Assembly: GCA_046329105.1 (NCBI GenBank)
Contig: JAXLVH010000004.1
Span: forward strand, 29,938-93,937
Length of the DNA stretch: 64,000 nucleotides
Direction of reading: 5' to 3'
Origin: Flavobacteriales bacterium
Lineage (GTDB): Bacteria; Bacteroidota; Bacteroidia; Flavobacteriales_F; PHOS-HE28
How positions within the stretch are numbered: position 1 is the first letter of the stretch; each line of letters starts with the position of its first letter. Below the pieces are notes generated by a model. The model was given only the letters and a program-made list of their open reading frames with translations, did no database searches and was not told the origin of the DNA. Position numbers and translations under genes: made by a program. Positions 55,431 through 64,000 of the stretch are shown here, piece after piece.

Positions 55431-56261
55431 ATGGCGATCACCGCTGCCGATGTGAACAAGCTCCGCCAGATCACTGGCGCGGGCATGATGGACTGCAAGA
55501 AGGCCCTTACCGAGGCCAATGGCGACTTCGATGCCGCCATCGACATCCTGCGCAAACAGGGCCAGAAGGTGGCCGCCAAGCGCGCCGACCGCGACGCCTC
55601 CGAAGGTGTGGTCCTCGGGCTGGTGTCCGCCGACGGCAGGCGCGGCGTGCTGGTGTGTACCAACTGCGAGACCGACTTCGTGGCCAAGAACGCCGACTTC
55701 GTGGCCATGGCCACCCGCATCGCCGAGACGGCACTGGCCAAGGGTGCCGACAGCGTGGACGCGCTGAAAACCCAGGCGTACGACACCAACGGCCTCACCA
55801 TTGCCGAGAAGCTCATCGAGCAGACCGGCGTGATCGGCGAGAAGATCGAGGTGAGCGCCTGCCACCTGCTGGACGGCGCCTACGTGTTCGCCTACAACCA
55901 CCCCGGCAACAAGGTGGGCAGCTTGGTGGCCTTGAACAAGGCAGGCTTCGAGACCGCGGCCAAGGACGTGGCCATGCAGGTAGCGGCCATGGGCCCCATC
56001 GCCCTGGACAAGGCCAGCACCCCGCAAAGCGTGATCGACAAGGAACTGGAGATCGGCAAGGAACTCGCCATCCAGGAGGGCAAGCCCGCCGACATGGCCG
56101 AGAAGATCGCCCAGGGCCGCCTCAACAAGTTCTTCAAGGAGAGCACCCTGCTCGCCCAGGAGTTCATCAAGGACAACAAGCTCAGCGTGGAACAATACCT
56201 CAAGAGCGTGGACAAGGAGCTCACCTGCACGGGCTTCAAACGCCACTCGCTCACGGTGTGA
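55431..56261 (+). CDS. tsf: Translation elongation factor Ts
   Basis: 276 aa. UBA-like N-terminus (ITAADVNKLRQITGAGMMDCKKAL). Follows rpsB. Confidence 0.9.
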   Translation: MAITAADVNKLRQITGAGMMDCKKALTEANGDFDAAIDILRKQGQKVAAKRADRDASEGVVLGLVSADGRRGVLVCTNCETDFVAKNADFVAMATRIAETALAKGADSVDALKTQAYDTNGLTIAEKLIEQTGVIGEKIEVSACHLLDGAYVFAYNHPGNKVGSLVALNKAGFETAAKDVAMQVAAMGPIALDKASTPQSVIDKELEIGKELAIQEGKPADMAEKIAQGRLNKFFKESTLLAQEFIKDNKLSVEQYLKSVDKELTCTGFKRHSLTV

Positions 56262-56287
56262 TCCGCTGACCTGTCAGAAGCATCGAA

Positions 56288-56325
56288 AAGCCCCCTGCCG
56301 CGCGGCAGGGGGCTTTCCATTTCTG
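56288..56325 (+). terminator. Rho-independent terminator after tsf
   Basis: AAAAGCCCCCTGCCG-CGC-GGCAGGGGGCTTTCCATTTC: 11-bp GC stem, 3-nt loop, T-rich tail. Confidence 0.75.
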
Positions 56326-56383
56326 GTAAGCGGGTAGCTTCGTGCAGCAGCAGGGCTGGCATCAAGACCACCTGCCGGGCATC

Positions 56384-58123
56384 ATGAGCTGGAGCGTCTT
56401 TCCTGTTCTGCGGTATCTCTGCGCGCTCCTCTTCGCGGGCAGTGTATCGCTCCTTAACGCCCAAGTGGATTGCCTCGGTGTGAATGGTGGGGCGGCACTG
56501 CCGGGGACGCCGTGCGATGATGGGCAGGCGTTCACCGTCGGTGACATCTGGAATGTGGACTGCACCTGTATCGGATACTGCGGCGGCGGCCCTTTTGGGC
56601 AAGCCATGGTCGGCGGAGCATGCGATGACATGGATCCCGCAACCGTTAACGATTTCTGGTGGCCCGGCTGCATCTGCCACGGCTTTTGTGTGATGCAATA
56701 TGGGCTGCCCGGCGCATCGTGTGATGATGGGAGCCCTGCGACCAACGATGACATCGTGGACCAATGGGGCTGCACTTGCACCGGTTGGCAGAACCTGATC
56801 ACGGGTCAGGTCTTCTTGGACGTGGACCTTGATGGCGTGTTCGGCGGGCCGGACATGCCGATCCAGAACAGAACTGTACAGGCGGGTTTTTCTTGGCTGC
56901 ATACCACCACGGACTCGAACGGCGAGTTCGAGTTCCGCGTCGGCCCCGGCTTTTATACCCTCTTGGCGGCATCCGGAAACTACGACGCTCCGGCCCAAGT
57001 GAACCCGCCGATCGACCTGAGCGTGCCCGGCTCGTCCAGCACAGGCAATCCGTTGGCTATGAACCCTTCCGCGTCGCTGGCGGACCTTGCAGTGGACCTG
57101 ACCACCACACCGGCCCGCCCTATTTACCGCAACTGGATCACCGTGGTCTGCACCAACGAGGGCACCTTGCCCGCCGATGGCGAATTGACGCTCACTCTTG
57201 ATGCACAGCAGGTGTACGAGGACTCTTATCCTGCGGGGAACGTGGTCGGCAACACCGTCAGTTGGACGTTACCGTTGATGCAACTGGGCGAGACTTTCGT
57301 GGCGGAGGTGCGCGTCCGGACACCGAACGGCACACCGCTCGGGACCAGCTTGACCTACGCGGCGCAAGTGGTCGCGCCATCCGATGCGGAGCCCGCCAAC
57401 AATACGGACGGCTTCGACCATCAGGTGGTCGGTTCCTTCGACCCGAACGATATCGCGGTCCATCCGGCACTGTTGTCGAGCGGGGATATCGCGCAGGGGA
57501 CGCCCGTAACGTACACCATCCGCTTCCAGAACACGGGTACCTGGTTGGCGGAGAACGTTCGCATCGCCGATGTGCTTCCCCCGCTGGTGCGCCCCGGATC
57601 GTTCGAGTTCGTAGCCAGCAGCCACCCGTGCCATGCGCAACTGGACAACAGCCTGCTCGAGTTCCGTTTCGACAATATCATGCTCCCGGACAGCAATGCC
57701 AACGAGCCGGAGAGCCACGGCTGGGTGATGTTCCGCGTGACGCCGCAGAACTTCCTGCAGCCCGGCGCCTCGGTGGGCAACAGCGCGAGCATCTTCTTCG
57801 ACTTCAACGAACCCGTGATCACCAACACGGCGGTCTTCAGCGTCGAGTTGAGCACTGGCGTGGCCGAACCCCCACGCGAAGAGTTGACGCTCTGGCCCAA
57901 CCCATCGACCGATGTGCTGCACGTTTCGTTGCCACCTGCGACGGGCCCGGGCGCACGGCTGTCGCTCGTGGACATGGGCGGTCGCACGGTGCGCCGTGTG
58001 AACACCACAGGCCAGGGCACGGTGGAGATCCCGGTGGCGAACCTGCCGGACGGCCTGTACGCGGTACGGTTGGAGGGCGCGGGCGGCGGCATCCTCACGC
58101 GGCGGTTCCTGAAGTTGCGCTGA
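56384..58123 (+). CDS. T9SS cargo protein with N-terminal Cys-rich repeats and DUF11-like (conserved repeat) domain
   Basis: Signal peptide ([27 protein letters not shown]). Three C-D-D-G/C-x-C repeats. DUF11-like [10 protein letters not shown]...[11 protein letters not shown]-terminal [16 protein letters not shown]...RFLKLR T9SS CTD. Inserted between tsf and pyrH. Confidence 0.7.
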   Translation: MSWSVFPVLRYLCALLFAGSVSLLNAQVDCLGVNGGAALPGTPCDDGQAFTVGDIWNVDCTCIGYCGGGPFGQAMVGGACDDMDPATVNDFWWPGCICHGFCVMQYGLPGASCDDGSPATNDDIVDQWGCTCTGWQNLITGQVFLDVDLDGVFGGPDMPIQNRTVQAGFSWLHTTTDSNGEFEFRVGPGFYTLLAASGNYDAPAQVNPPIDLSVPGSSSTGNPLAMNPSASLADLAVDLTTTPARPIYRNWITVVCTNEGTLPADGELTLTLDAQQVYEDSYPAGNVVGNTVSWTLPLMQLGETFVAEVRVRTPNGTPLGTSLTYAAQVVAPSDAEPANNTDGFDHQVVGSFDPNDIAVHPALLSSGDIAQGTPVTYTIRFQNTGTWLAENVRIADVLPPLVRPGSFEFVASSHPCHAQLDNSLLEFRFDNIMLPDSNANEPESHGWVMFRVTPQNFLQPGASVGNSASIFFDFNEPVITNTAVFSVELSTGVAEPPREELTLWPNPSTDVLHVSLPPATGPGARLSLVDMGGRTVRRVNTTGQGTVEIPVANLPDGLYAVRLEGAGGGILTRRFLKLR

Positions 58124-58187
58124 GGCACAACGCGGAGTTGACCTCGGCCCGCGCCTTTTTCATTGCTTTGGGCCCGAACCCCACCAC

Positions 58188-58916
58188 ATGGCCAAGGCGA
58201 AAACGGAACGCACGTACAAGCGCATCCTTCTGAAGCTCTCCGGCGAAAGCCTCATGGGCGGCAAGAACTACGGTATCGACGATGCGATGCTGAAGGCTTA
58301 CGCCGACGAGATCATCGCCGTGGCCAAGGGCGGCACACAGGTGGCGGTGGTCATCGGCGGGGGCAACATCTACCGGGGCATGAACGCCAGCGGCAGCGGT
58401 ATCGACCGGGTGCAGGGCGACCACATGGGCATGCTGGCCACCATGATCAACAGCCTGGCCCTGCAGAGCGCCCTGGAGGCCAAGGGGCAGAGCACGCGCC
58501 TGCAGAGCGCCATCAAGATGGAGCAGATCGCCGAGCCCTTCATCCGTCGCCGGGCCGTGCGCCACTTGGAAAAGGGCCGCATCGTGATCTTCGGTGCCGG
58601 CACGGGCAATCCCTACTTCACCACCGACACCGCCGCCAGTTTGCGCGCCATCGAGATCGAGGCCGACGTGATCCTCAAGGGCACGCGTGTGGACGGCATC
58701 TACACCGCCGATCCCGAGAAGGACAAGAAGGCGAAGAAGTACGACCGCATCACCTTCGACGAGGCCTACGACAAGGGCCTCAGCGTGATGGACCTCACGG
58801 CCTTCACGCTCTGCCGCGAGAACAACCTGCCCATCATCGTCTTCGACATGAACAAGCGCGGCAACCTGCGCAAGGTGGTGGCCGGCGAGAAGGTGGGCAC
58901 GTTGGTGGAGGTGTGA
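58188..58916 (+). CDS. pyrH: UMP kinase
   Basis: 242 aa. [38 protein letters not shown] motifs. Confidence 0.9.
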   Translation: MAKAKTERTYKRILLKLSGESLMGGKNYGIDDAMLKAYADEIIAVAKGGTQVAVVIGGGNIYRGMNASGSGIDRVQGDHMGMLATMINSLALQSALEAKGQSTRLQSAIKMEQIAEPFIRRRAVRHLEKGRIVIFGAGTGNPYFTTDTAASLRAIEIEADVILKGTRVDGIYTADPEKDKKAKKYDRITFDEAYDKGLSVMDLTAFTLCRENNLPIIVFDMNKRGNLRKVVAGEKVGTLVEV

Positions 58917-58957
58917 AGGCCATGTGCGCATGCGCGCATGAGAAAGGATGCGTAATT

Positions 58958-58975
58958 TTGGATTTGCAAATCCAA
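58958..58975. promoter_or_regulatory. Perfect 18-bp palindrome TTGGATTTGCAAATCCAA (candidate operator) upstream of the putative TA pair, preceded by palindrome CATGCGCGCATG (58929-58940)
   Basis: Perfect dyad symmetry, AT-rich in a 65% GC background, ~35-50 bp upstream of the next gene start. Confidence 0.4.
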
Positions 58976-59009
58976 TATCGACATGCGCGCCAGCACCGGA
59001 CCCGCCCCC

Positions 59010-59501
59010 ATGAAACCACAGGACATCGTGGTCCTATTGAGCATTGCCTTGCGTGAGCGCGGCACGTGGAAGGCCAAGGATCTGGCGGCGGACCTGGTGA
59101 TCAGCCCGGCGGAGATCGGCTATTCTCTGAAACGGTCGATCCAGAGCGGATTGCTGAGCGAGGACCAGGAGCTGATGTCCAAAGGGTTCCTGGACATGCT
59201 GTACCATGCCGTGCGGTATGTGTTCCCGGCAAGGCCCGGGGCCGAGGTACGCGGTGTCCCGACAGCCCACTCCGCACCACCCTTGAAGCAGACCATCGTG
59301 AGCGGTCCCCTCTTCGTTTGGCCCGATCCGATGGGCAAGGTGCGCGGGGCGGCGATACGGCCCTTGTACCCCACCGTTCCGCAAGCGGCGGCGAAGAACA
59401 AGGAGCTGTACGCGTTGCTGGCGCTCACCGATGCGCTGCGCACAGGCCGGGCGCGCGAACGGGAGCTGGCCATGAAGGAACTGCGGGAACGCATCGGTTG
59501 A
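59010..59501 (+). CDS. Hypothetical protein with winged-HTH-like N-terminus (candidate antitoxin/transcriptional regulator of downstream nucleotidyltransferase)
   Basis: Start MKPQDIVVLL (alternative upstream ATG at 58983). Putative recognition helix ISPAEIGYSLKRSIQSGLL. Stop is 1 nt before the next start. Confidence 0.35.
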   Translation: MKPQDIVVLLSIALRERGTWKAKDLAADLVISPAEIGYSLKRSIQSGLLSEDQELMSKGFLDMLYHAVRYVFPARPGAEVRGVPTAHSAPPLKQTIVSGPLFVWPDPMGKVRGAAIRPLYPTVPQAAAKNKELYALLALTDALRTGRARERELAMKELRERIG

Positions 59502-59502
59502 A

Positions 59503-60195
59503 ATGGCCACGAACGTCCCGATGAACCTGGAGATGCTCCAGCGTGTGGCGGAAGCGCTGGGTGGGGATCTGGAACGGGCCGTTTTCGTTGGCGGCGCTGT
59601 GGTCTCCGTGTATGCCGACGATCCCGCCGCTTCGGAAGCCCGGCCCACGTACGATATCGACCTTGCGGTCTCGGTGGCCACCGCCGGAGAACTGGAGACT
59701 TTGCGCGGCCGGTTGATAGCGAAGGGCTTCACGCAAAGCGCCGCCGACCCCGTTATGTGCCGCTTCCGGATCGACGGGATCATGGTGGATGTGATGGCCC
59801 TGGAGCCGGTCGGGTGGGCACCGGGGAACCGTTGGTACGCCAGCGGGTTCCCCAAGCGCGAGAGCCACGTATTAGCGGGCGGGCCACATATCCCGGTACT
59901 GCCATTGGCGTATTTCTTGGCCAGCAAGTTCGATGCGCATGCGGACCGGGGTGGGCATTCGCTCGCGAGCCGGGACCTGGAGGACATCGTCCATGTGCTC
60001 GACAACCGCTTGGACATCCCTTCGGTATGGCGGAACGCCGATCCGGCCGTGAGCGTGTATCTGCGGGACCGATTGTCCTGGTTGGTCCATCCGGACCAGA
60101 AGGAAGCCGTGTTGGGCCACATGGGGTTTTCCGCCAGCGAGGCCCGCTACCAGCGTATGCGGCGGGAGGTCAGGATGGCGATAGGAGGTCTGTGA
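59503..60195 (+). CDS. Nucleotidyltransferase-fold protein, AbiEii/DUF1814-like (putative type IV TA toxin)
   Basis: 230 aa. Pol-beta-type NTase motif near the N-terminus (FVGGAVVSVYADDPAASEARPTYDIDLAV = G[GS]...D.D). Size and tight pairing with an upstream small wHTH gene fit AbiEi/AbiEii-type operons. Confidence 0.5.
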   Translation: MATNVPMNLEMLQRVAEALGGDLERAVFVGGAVVSVYADDPAASEARPTYDIDLAVSVATAGELETLRGRLIAKGFTQSAADPVMCRFRIDGIMVDVMALEPVGWAPGNRWYASGFPKRESHVLAGGPHIPVLPLAYFLASKFDAHADRGGHSLASRDLEDIVHVLDNRLDIPSVWRNADPAVSVYLRDRLSWLVHPDQKEAVLGHMGFSASEARYQRMRREVRMAIGGL

Positions 60196-60302
60196 GCCGT
60201 ATCCGGATAGGAACGGAGGTCCGTCAACGGGCGCGTCCTCGCCCGGTCATGGGAACGTGAACCCCCGCGTCCAGTTATTTTCGCGACCCCAACACGAATG
60301 CG

Positions 60303-60851
60303 ATGGACGCCAAGACCCTGATCGCCCCGAACGAGGACCTGATGAAGAAGGCCGTGGACCACCTGGACCACGAGCTCACGAAGATCCGCGCGGGCCGCGC
60401 CAATCCCGCCATGCTCGATGGTGTGCGCGTAGAGGCCTACGGTAGCCACATGCCGTTGAACCAGGTGGCCAATGTGAACACGCCCGATGGTCGCACGATC
60501 ATGATCCAGCCGTGGGACAAGAAGATGATCGACGCCATCGAGAAGGCCATCCAGGCGGCCAACCTCGGGTTCAACCCGAGCAACAACGGCGATGCGGTGA
60601 TCATCAATGTGCCCATGCTCACCGAGGAGCGCCGCAAGGAGCTGGTGAAGGCCGCGCACAAGGAGGGCGAGCACGCCAAGGTGAGCATCCGTGGTGCACG
60701 CCAAAAGGCCAACGAGGCCATCAAGGGCGCCAAGCTGCCGGAGGACTTTACAAAGGATGCCACCGAACAGGTGGACAAGCTCACGGGCATCTACAACAAG
60801 AAAGTGGACGTTCTGATCGAGGCGAAGGAGAAGGACATCATGAAGGTCTGA
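60303..60851 (+). CDS. frr: Ribosome recycling factor
   Basis: 182 aa. Canonical RRF sequence (LDGVRVEAYGSHMPLNQVANV...). Confidence 0.9.
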   Translation: MDAKTLIAPNEDLMKKAVDHLDHELTKIRAGRANPAMLDGVRVEAYGSHMPLNQVANVNTPDGRTIMIQPWDKKMIDAIEKAIQAANLGFNPSNNGDAVIINVPMLTEERRKELVKAAHKEGEHAKVSIRGARQKANEAIKGAKLPEDFTKDATEQVDKLTGIYNKKVDVLIEAKEKDIMKV

Positions 60852-61239
60852 CTTCCCGGCTCCGTTCGGAGTGACGCCTTCCAGTCGTCCTTCCGTGCTG
60901 GTCTGCCGTTTTGATCACGGATCGGCGGTATTCCAGAAGTTGATGTGCATGGAACTGATCGTGCGGCCGGGCGGCGTGTACTGGGGCATTGCATCGGACC
61001 GCATGTTCCTGGCGAGGGGTTGGACAATGATCCCATGGATCACTGATCAGGTCTGGAGATATACTTCTGTTCGCTGAACCACCCGAAGAGGTCGCAGGTG
61101 GCCGAGCCACGAGGCGAGATCCTCGGTGAGGTCATGCTGAAGGTGAGCAGGCGGATCGGACAGCCCAGAAGTCCATCATGGTATCGGGCCTGCAGCCATA
61201 TCCGGGAGCACCGCCACGACCGGTCGATCCCAAGGACGC

Positions 61240-62427
61240 CTACCTGTCCTCGTCCTCCGTGACCCCTCGTGACCGCTCGCGGCCAGCGCTCCCGGTGTTA
61301 TGGATGGTACCTGAACCGGTTTTAGTGGACTCCAGGTGCCCGCTACAGTCCAAGTAGGCATCACCGGATCCCATCAGGTTCACCTTTCCGCTGCCCGCCT
61401 TCAGGTTCTCCGCATGCACGTCCCCGCTGCCCATGATGTTCAAGAGGATCCGATCGGTGGTGCCTGCCACTTGCACGTTCCCGCTGCCCATCAGATCGAT
61501 CGTGGTGGTGCTGATCACTTTCAATTGAGCGCACAGCACATCTCCCGACCCCTGCACCTGGATGTTCATTTCCGTGGTTTCGATCGGACCCGCCATATCG
61601 ATGTCACCCGAGCCCATCACGGAGAGTTGAAGCGAAGGCGTGTTCTTGAACTCCGCCACATGGATGCTGCCCGAACCATGCACGATCAATTGGTCCAAGC
61701 GCGGGAGCCGCACGGTGATCAACACCTTCTCCATGCCCAGGTCCATACGGCGCCGAGCTTCGTGTTCGATGGACAGGATCCCTTGGTCCACCTTGATGTC
61801 GAGCATGTCCAAATGCTGTTGTTCGCCTTTGGCCACCACGGCGAATTCACCTTCCTCCACACGCACATCGGAACTGGATCGCAATGCGATGCCCTTGAAG
61901 CCGGACAGGTTGAAGATGCGCTCGTTGGCAACACCCGTGGTCACCGTGGTCGGCTCTGGCATCGGTGCCGTGGCCTCTTGTACAGGAGTTCCGGATCCCG
62001 GGGTTTCCTTCGGCGCCTCGGTCTCCGTTTCCACGTGGAGGTCCTCGGTCCTCCGGTTCGCAGCAGGTACGACGGACGATCCTTGCTCAGGTCGGGGCAA
62101 CGTCGGCGTGGCGGCGGTAACGGTAGTTGCTGGCACGGCCGGTGTTCGAACCACGGTATCATTCCTTCGTGGAAGGCCATTGGGGACCGGCGTGGCTGCG
62201 GGTGTGCTTCCTGAAAAGAGGTAGAGGCCGGTGCCAAGGAGAAGAGTGCCTATGCTGGTCATGAGCAAGGTGTTCAGGTTGAATTTCAGCGTATGGATCA
62301 GCCAGGCCACGGCGCCCATGCCCAAGGGGAATGCCGCCACCATGTCCCGCACCTGTTCCAAGCTGACCTCCGGGGGCAGTTCACGCAACGGGGCGAGCAC
62401 GGCTTGTTCTTCCTCTGCGCGGTTCAT
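61240..62427 (-). CDS. Membrane protein with C-terminal DUF4097-like beta-helical repeats (putative anti-sigma factor partner)
   Basis: 395 aa. One TM helix (LMTSIGTLLLGTGLYLF). Pro/Thr-rich linker. Repeated GSG[DN][IV] units (GSGSIHV, GSGDIDM, GSGDVLC, GSGNVQV, GSGDVHA, GSGDAYL). Start overlaps the sigma-factor stop (ATGA). Confidence 0.55.
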   Translation of the reverse strand: MNRAEEEQAVLAPLRELPPEVSLEQVRDMVAAFPLGMGAVAWLIHTLKFNLNTLLMTSIGTLLLGTGLYLFSGSTPAATPVPNGLPRRNDTVVRTPAVPATTVTAATPTLPRPEQGSSVVPAANRRTEDLHVETETEAPKETPGSGTPVQEATAPMPEPTTVTTGVANERIFNLSGFKGIALRSSSDVRVEEGEFAVVAKGEQQHLDMLDIKVDQGILSIEHEARRRMDLGMEKVLITVRLPRLDQLIVHGSGSIHVAEFKNTPSLQLSVMGSGDIDMAGPIETTEMNIQVQGSGDVLCAQLKVISTTTIDLMGSGNVQVAGTTDRILLNIMGSGDVHAENLKAGSGKVNLMGSGDAYLDCSGHLESTKTGSGTIHNTGSAGRERSRGVTEDEDR

Positions 62428-62969
62428 GGCAACAGGATCAATAGTGATCGGAGGAGCTCCATGCGTAAGGGTTTGGTGCGACCATCCAGCATGCTTCGGA
62501 CGGCCGCTCGCGCACGACTCACCCTGGTTTTCACCGCATTCTCATTACTGCCTTGAATAGCGGCGATCTCCGCCATGGACAGGCCGGCCACTTCGAAGAG
62601 CACGAGAGCATCCCGTTGAGCGGTGGGCAGTTTGTTGATGGCCTGGTGCAGGATCCCCGCGTCGGTGAGTTGTTCGGCCGTGGCACCCCGCTCCAACAAC
62701 CGTTCGGTCTGCTTGCTGGTGATGGCCTCATTCCTTCGGCTGATGCGCAAGGAGCTCACCATGCGGTTGCGCGCCGCGCGCATCAGATAGTGCAGCAGTT
62801 CATCCTTTTTACGGATATGGTCGAACCGTTGGAATGCGCTCAACAGGACGTCCTGCATCAGGTCCTGCACATCCATGCGCCCGTAGGCCAGTGCAGCGCA
62901 ATACCGTGCGAAGGCCGCGTGGCACGGCTCATAGGCTTGCATGAAGGCGGAACGCTCGTCGGAGGCCAC
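62424..62969 (-). CDS. ECF-subfamily RNA polymerase sigma-70 factor
   Basis: 181 aa. Region 2 (DVQDLMQDVLLSAFQRF) and region 4 HTH (LPTAQRDALVLFEVAGLSMAEIAAIQGSNENAVKTRVSRARAAV). Confidence 0.85.
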   Translation of the reverse strand: MASDERSAFMQAYEPCHAAFARYCAALAYGRMDVQDLMQDVLLSAFQRFDHIRKKDELLHYLMRAARNRMVSSLRISRRNEAITSKQTERLLERGATAEQLTDAGILHQAINKLPTAQRDALVLFEVAGLSMAEIAAIQGSNENAVKTRVSRARAAVRSMLDGRTKPLRMELLRSLLILLP

Positions 62970-63226
62970 GGTGCAGGACTTGGTTTCCTGGCAGAGAGTC
63001 GCAGAAAGGGGATAAAGGTTACAAGCTGGTTGTGATCACTGGTGATCCTGCTCAGCGCGGGGTATGTGGATGAATGCTGGAGGGTCCTGTGCGGTCGACG
63101 GTTTCATTGTTCAGTTCATCGCTCCGGACTCATGTGATCGGGAAGGCTCTGCGGTCCGGGACTGTCGGTCCGCGCAATGTCCGAGATGCGGGCCGCAGGA
63201 TGTGAGGTGACCGAGAAGCAGAGGGC

Positions 63227-64000
63227 TCAGGCCCACACCGGACTCCCCTCACTGCAGTTCCTGCACATTTCGAGCCCGCCCCGGTCGTGCAGCAGGCCCG
63301 CACGGAAGTCGCGGTAGGCATCGCTGTTCCATACCTCACGGAAAGAGTTCTTCCGCAGATCCCCGAGCACGTGGTGCGCGTCCTTGTCGAAGCAGCAGGG
63401 CACCACGCGACCGTCCCAGGTGACCACGCAGCTGTGCCACATCTTCCAGCAGTTGTCATCCAGCTTGTTCTTCACCACCCACGCACCGTCGGCGGTACGG
63501 CGGTAACGTGAATACTTGTCCTGTACCGGTATCAACGGGTGATCATCCTTCGGGTCGTACACCTGGGCGGTCTTCAGCCACAGGTCGTCCACGCCGATGC
63601 GTCTGGCTAGTGCGCGCGCCTCGGGGATCTGGTGCTCGTTCGGTTTCACCACAAGGAACTGGAACACCACGTGGGGTGAGAGGCTCTTCAGCTTCGTCTT
63701 CCACTTCACGACGCGTTCCGCCCCCTCGATCACCTTGCTCAGGGTACCTTCCTTACGGTACGCTTCATAGGTCGGCTGGTCCGTGCCATCCAGCGAGATG
63801 ATCAGGCGGGAGAGTCCACTGCGCACGGCAGCCTCCGCGTTGGCCTCGTCCAGGAAGTGGGCGTTGGTGCTCGTGCTCGTGTACACCCCGCGCTCGCTCG
63901 CGTACCGCACCATGTCCAGGAAGCCGGGGTTGATGAAGGGCTCGCCCTGGAAGTAGAAGGTGAGTGCCCAGAGGTCGCGGTGCAGTTCGTCGATGATGTG
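63227..64000 (-). CDS. Radical SAM / SPASM-domain protein (5'-truncated by window end)
   Basis: Visible part includes GEPFINPGFLDMVRYASERG (radical-SAM core strand) and C-terminal Cys-rich SPASM/twitch-like region (CWKMWHSCVVTWDGRVVPCCFD...CRNC). The CxxxCxxC cluster must lie beyond coordinate 64000. Confidence 0.65.
   Translation of the reverse strand, partial: HIIDELHRDLWALTFYFQGEPFINPGFLDMVRYASERGVYTSTSTNAHFLDEANAEAAVRSGLSRLIISLDGTDQPTYEAYRKEGTLSKVIEGAERVVKWKTKLKSLSPHVVFQFLVVKPNEHQIPEARALARRIGVDDLWLKTAQVYDPKDDHPLIPVQDKYSRYRRTADGAWVVKNKLDDNCWKMWHSCVVTWDGRVVPCCFDKDAHHVLGDLRKNSFREVWNSDAYRDFRAGLLHDRGGLEMCRNCSEGSPVWA

Overview
This window is a high-GC (~65%) chromosomal segment, almost certainly from a member of Bacteroidota: five proteins carry type-A T9SS C-terminal sorting domains, and the rplM-rpsI / rpsB-tsf-pyrH-frr housekeeping cluster has Bacteroidota-type features. 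From 5' to 3' it contains: (1) a complete IS3-family insertion sequence (163-1577) with a programmed -1 frameshift site and a 3-bp target-site duplication (TSD) GAT, interrupting a secreted repeat-protein gene; (2) a T9SS cargo cluster (beta-helix protein, two PPC-repeat paralogs flanking an S8 peptidase); (3) a cAMP signalling island of four class III adenylate cyclases (three tandem and translationally coupled), a NarX/NarL-type two-component pair and a periplasmic rhodanese; (4) menA-menC-menE; (5) a repeat-rich accessory patch of TGTCACGCTGAGC-type hairpin-repeat arrays plus an IS-end remnant flanking a T9SS beta-propeller gene; (6) an orphan AddA/RecB-like helicase-nuclease; (7) two tandem lipoprotein / di-heme cytochrome c peroxidase pairs, which I infer to be MbnP/MbnH-like; (8) a cysteine-less Lpd-like flavoprotein, trpS, plsC-like and gatC; (9) three giant extracellular proteins (M43 metalloprotease, BNR propeller, YVTN propeller with two CXXCH motifs) that share a novel ~250-aa C-terminal module, with kbl embedded among them; (10) the ribosomal/pyrH/frr cluster interrupted by a T9SS gene and by a putative AbiE-like nucleotidyltransferase toxin-antitoxin (TA) pair; (11) an ECF sigma factor, a DUF4097 membrane protein and a truncated radical-SAM/SPASM gene at the window edge. 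The most unusual signals are the shared non-canonical C-terminal module on the three giant proteins, near-identical ~120-bp palindromic in-frame inserts in three of the cyclase genes, the dispersed hairpin-repeat family, and the TA-like insertion in the pyrH-frr spacer.
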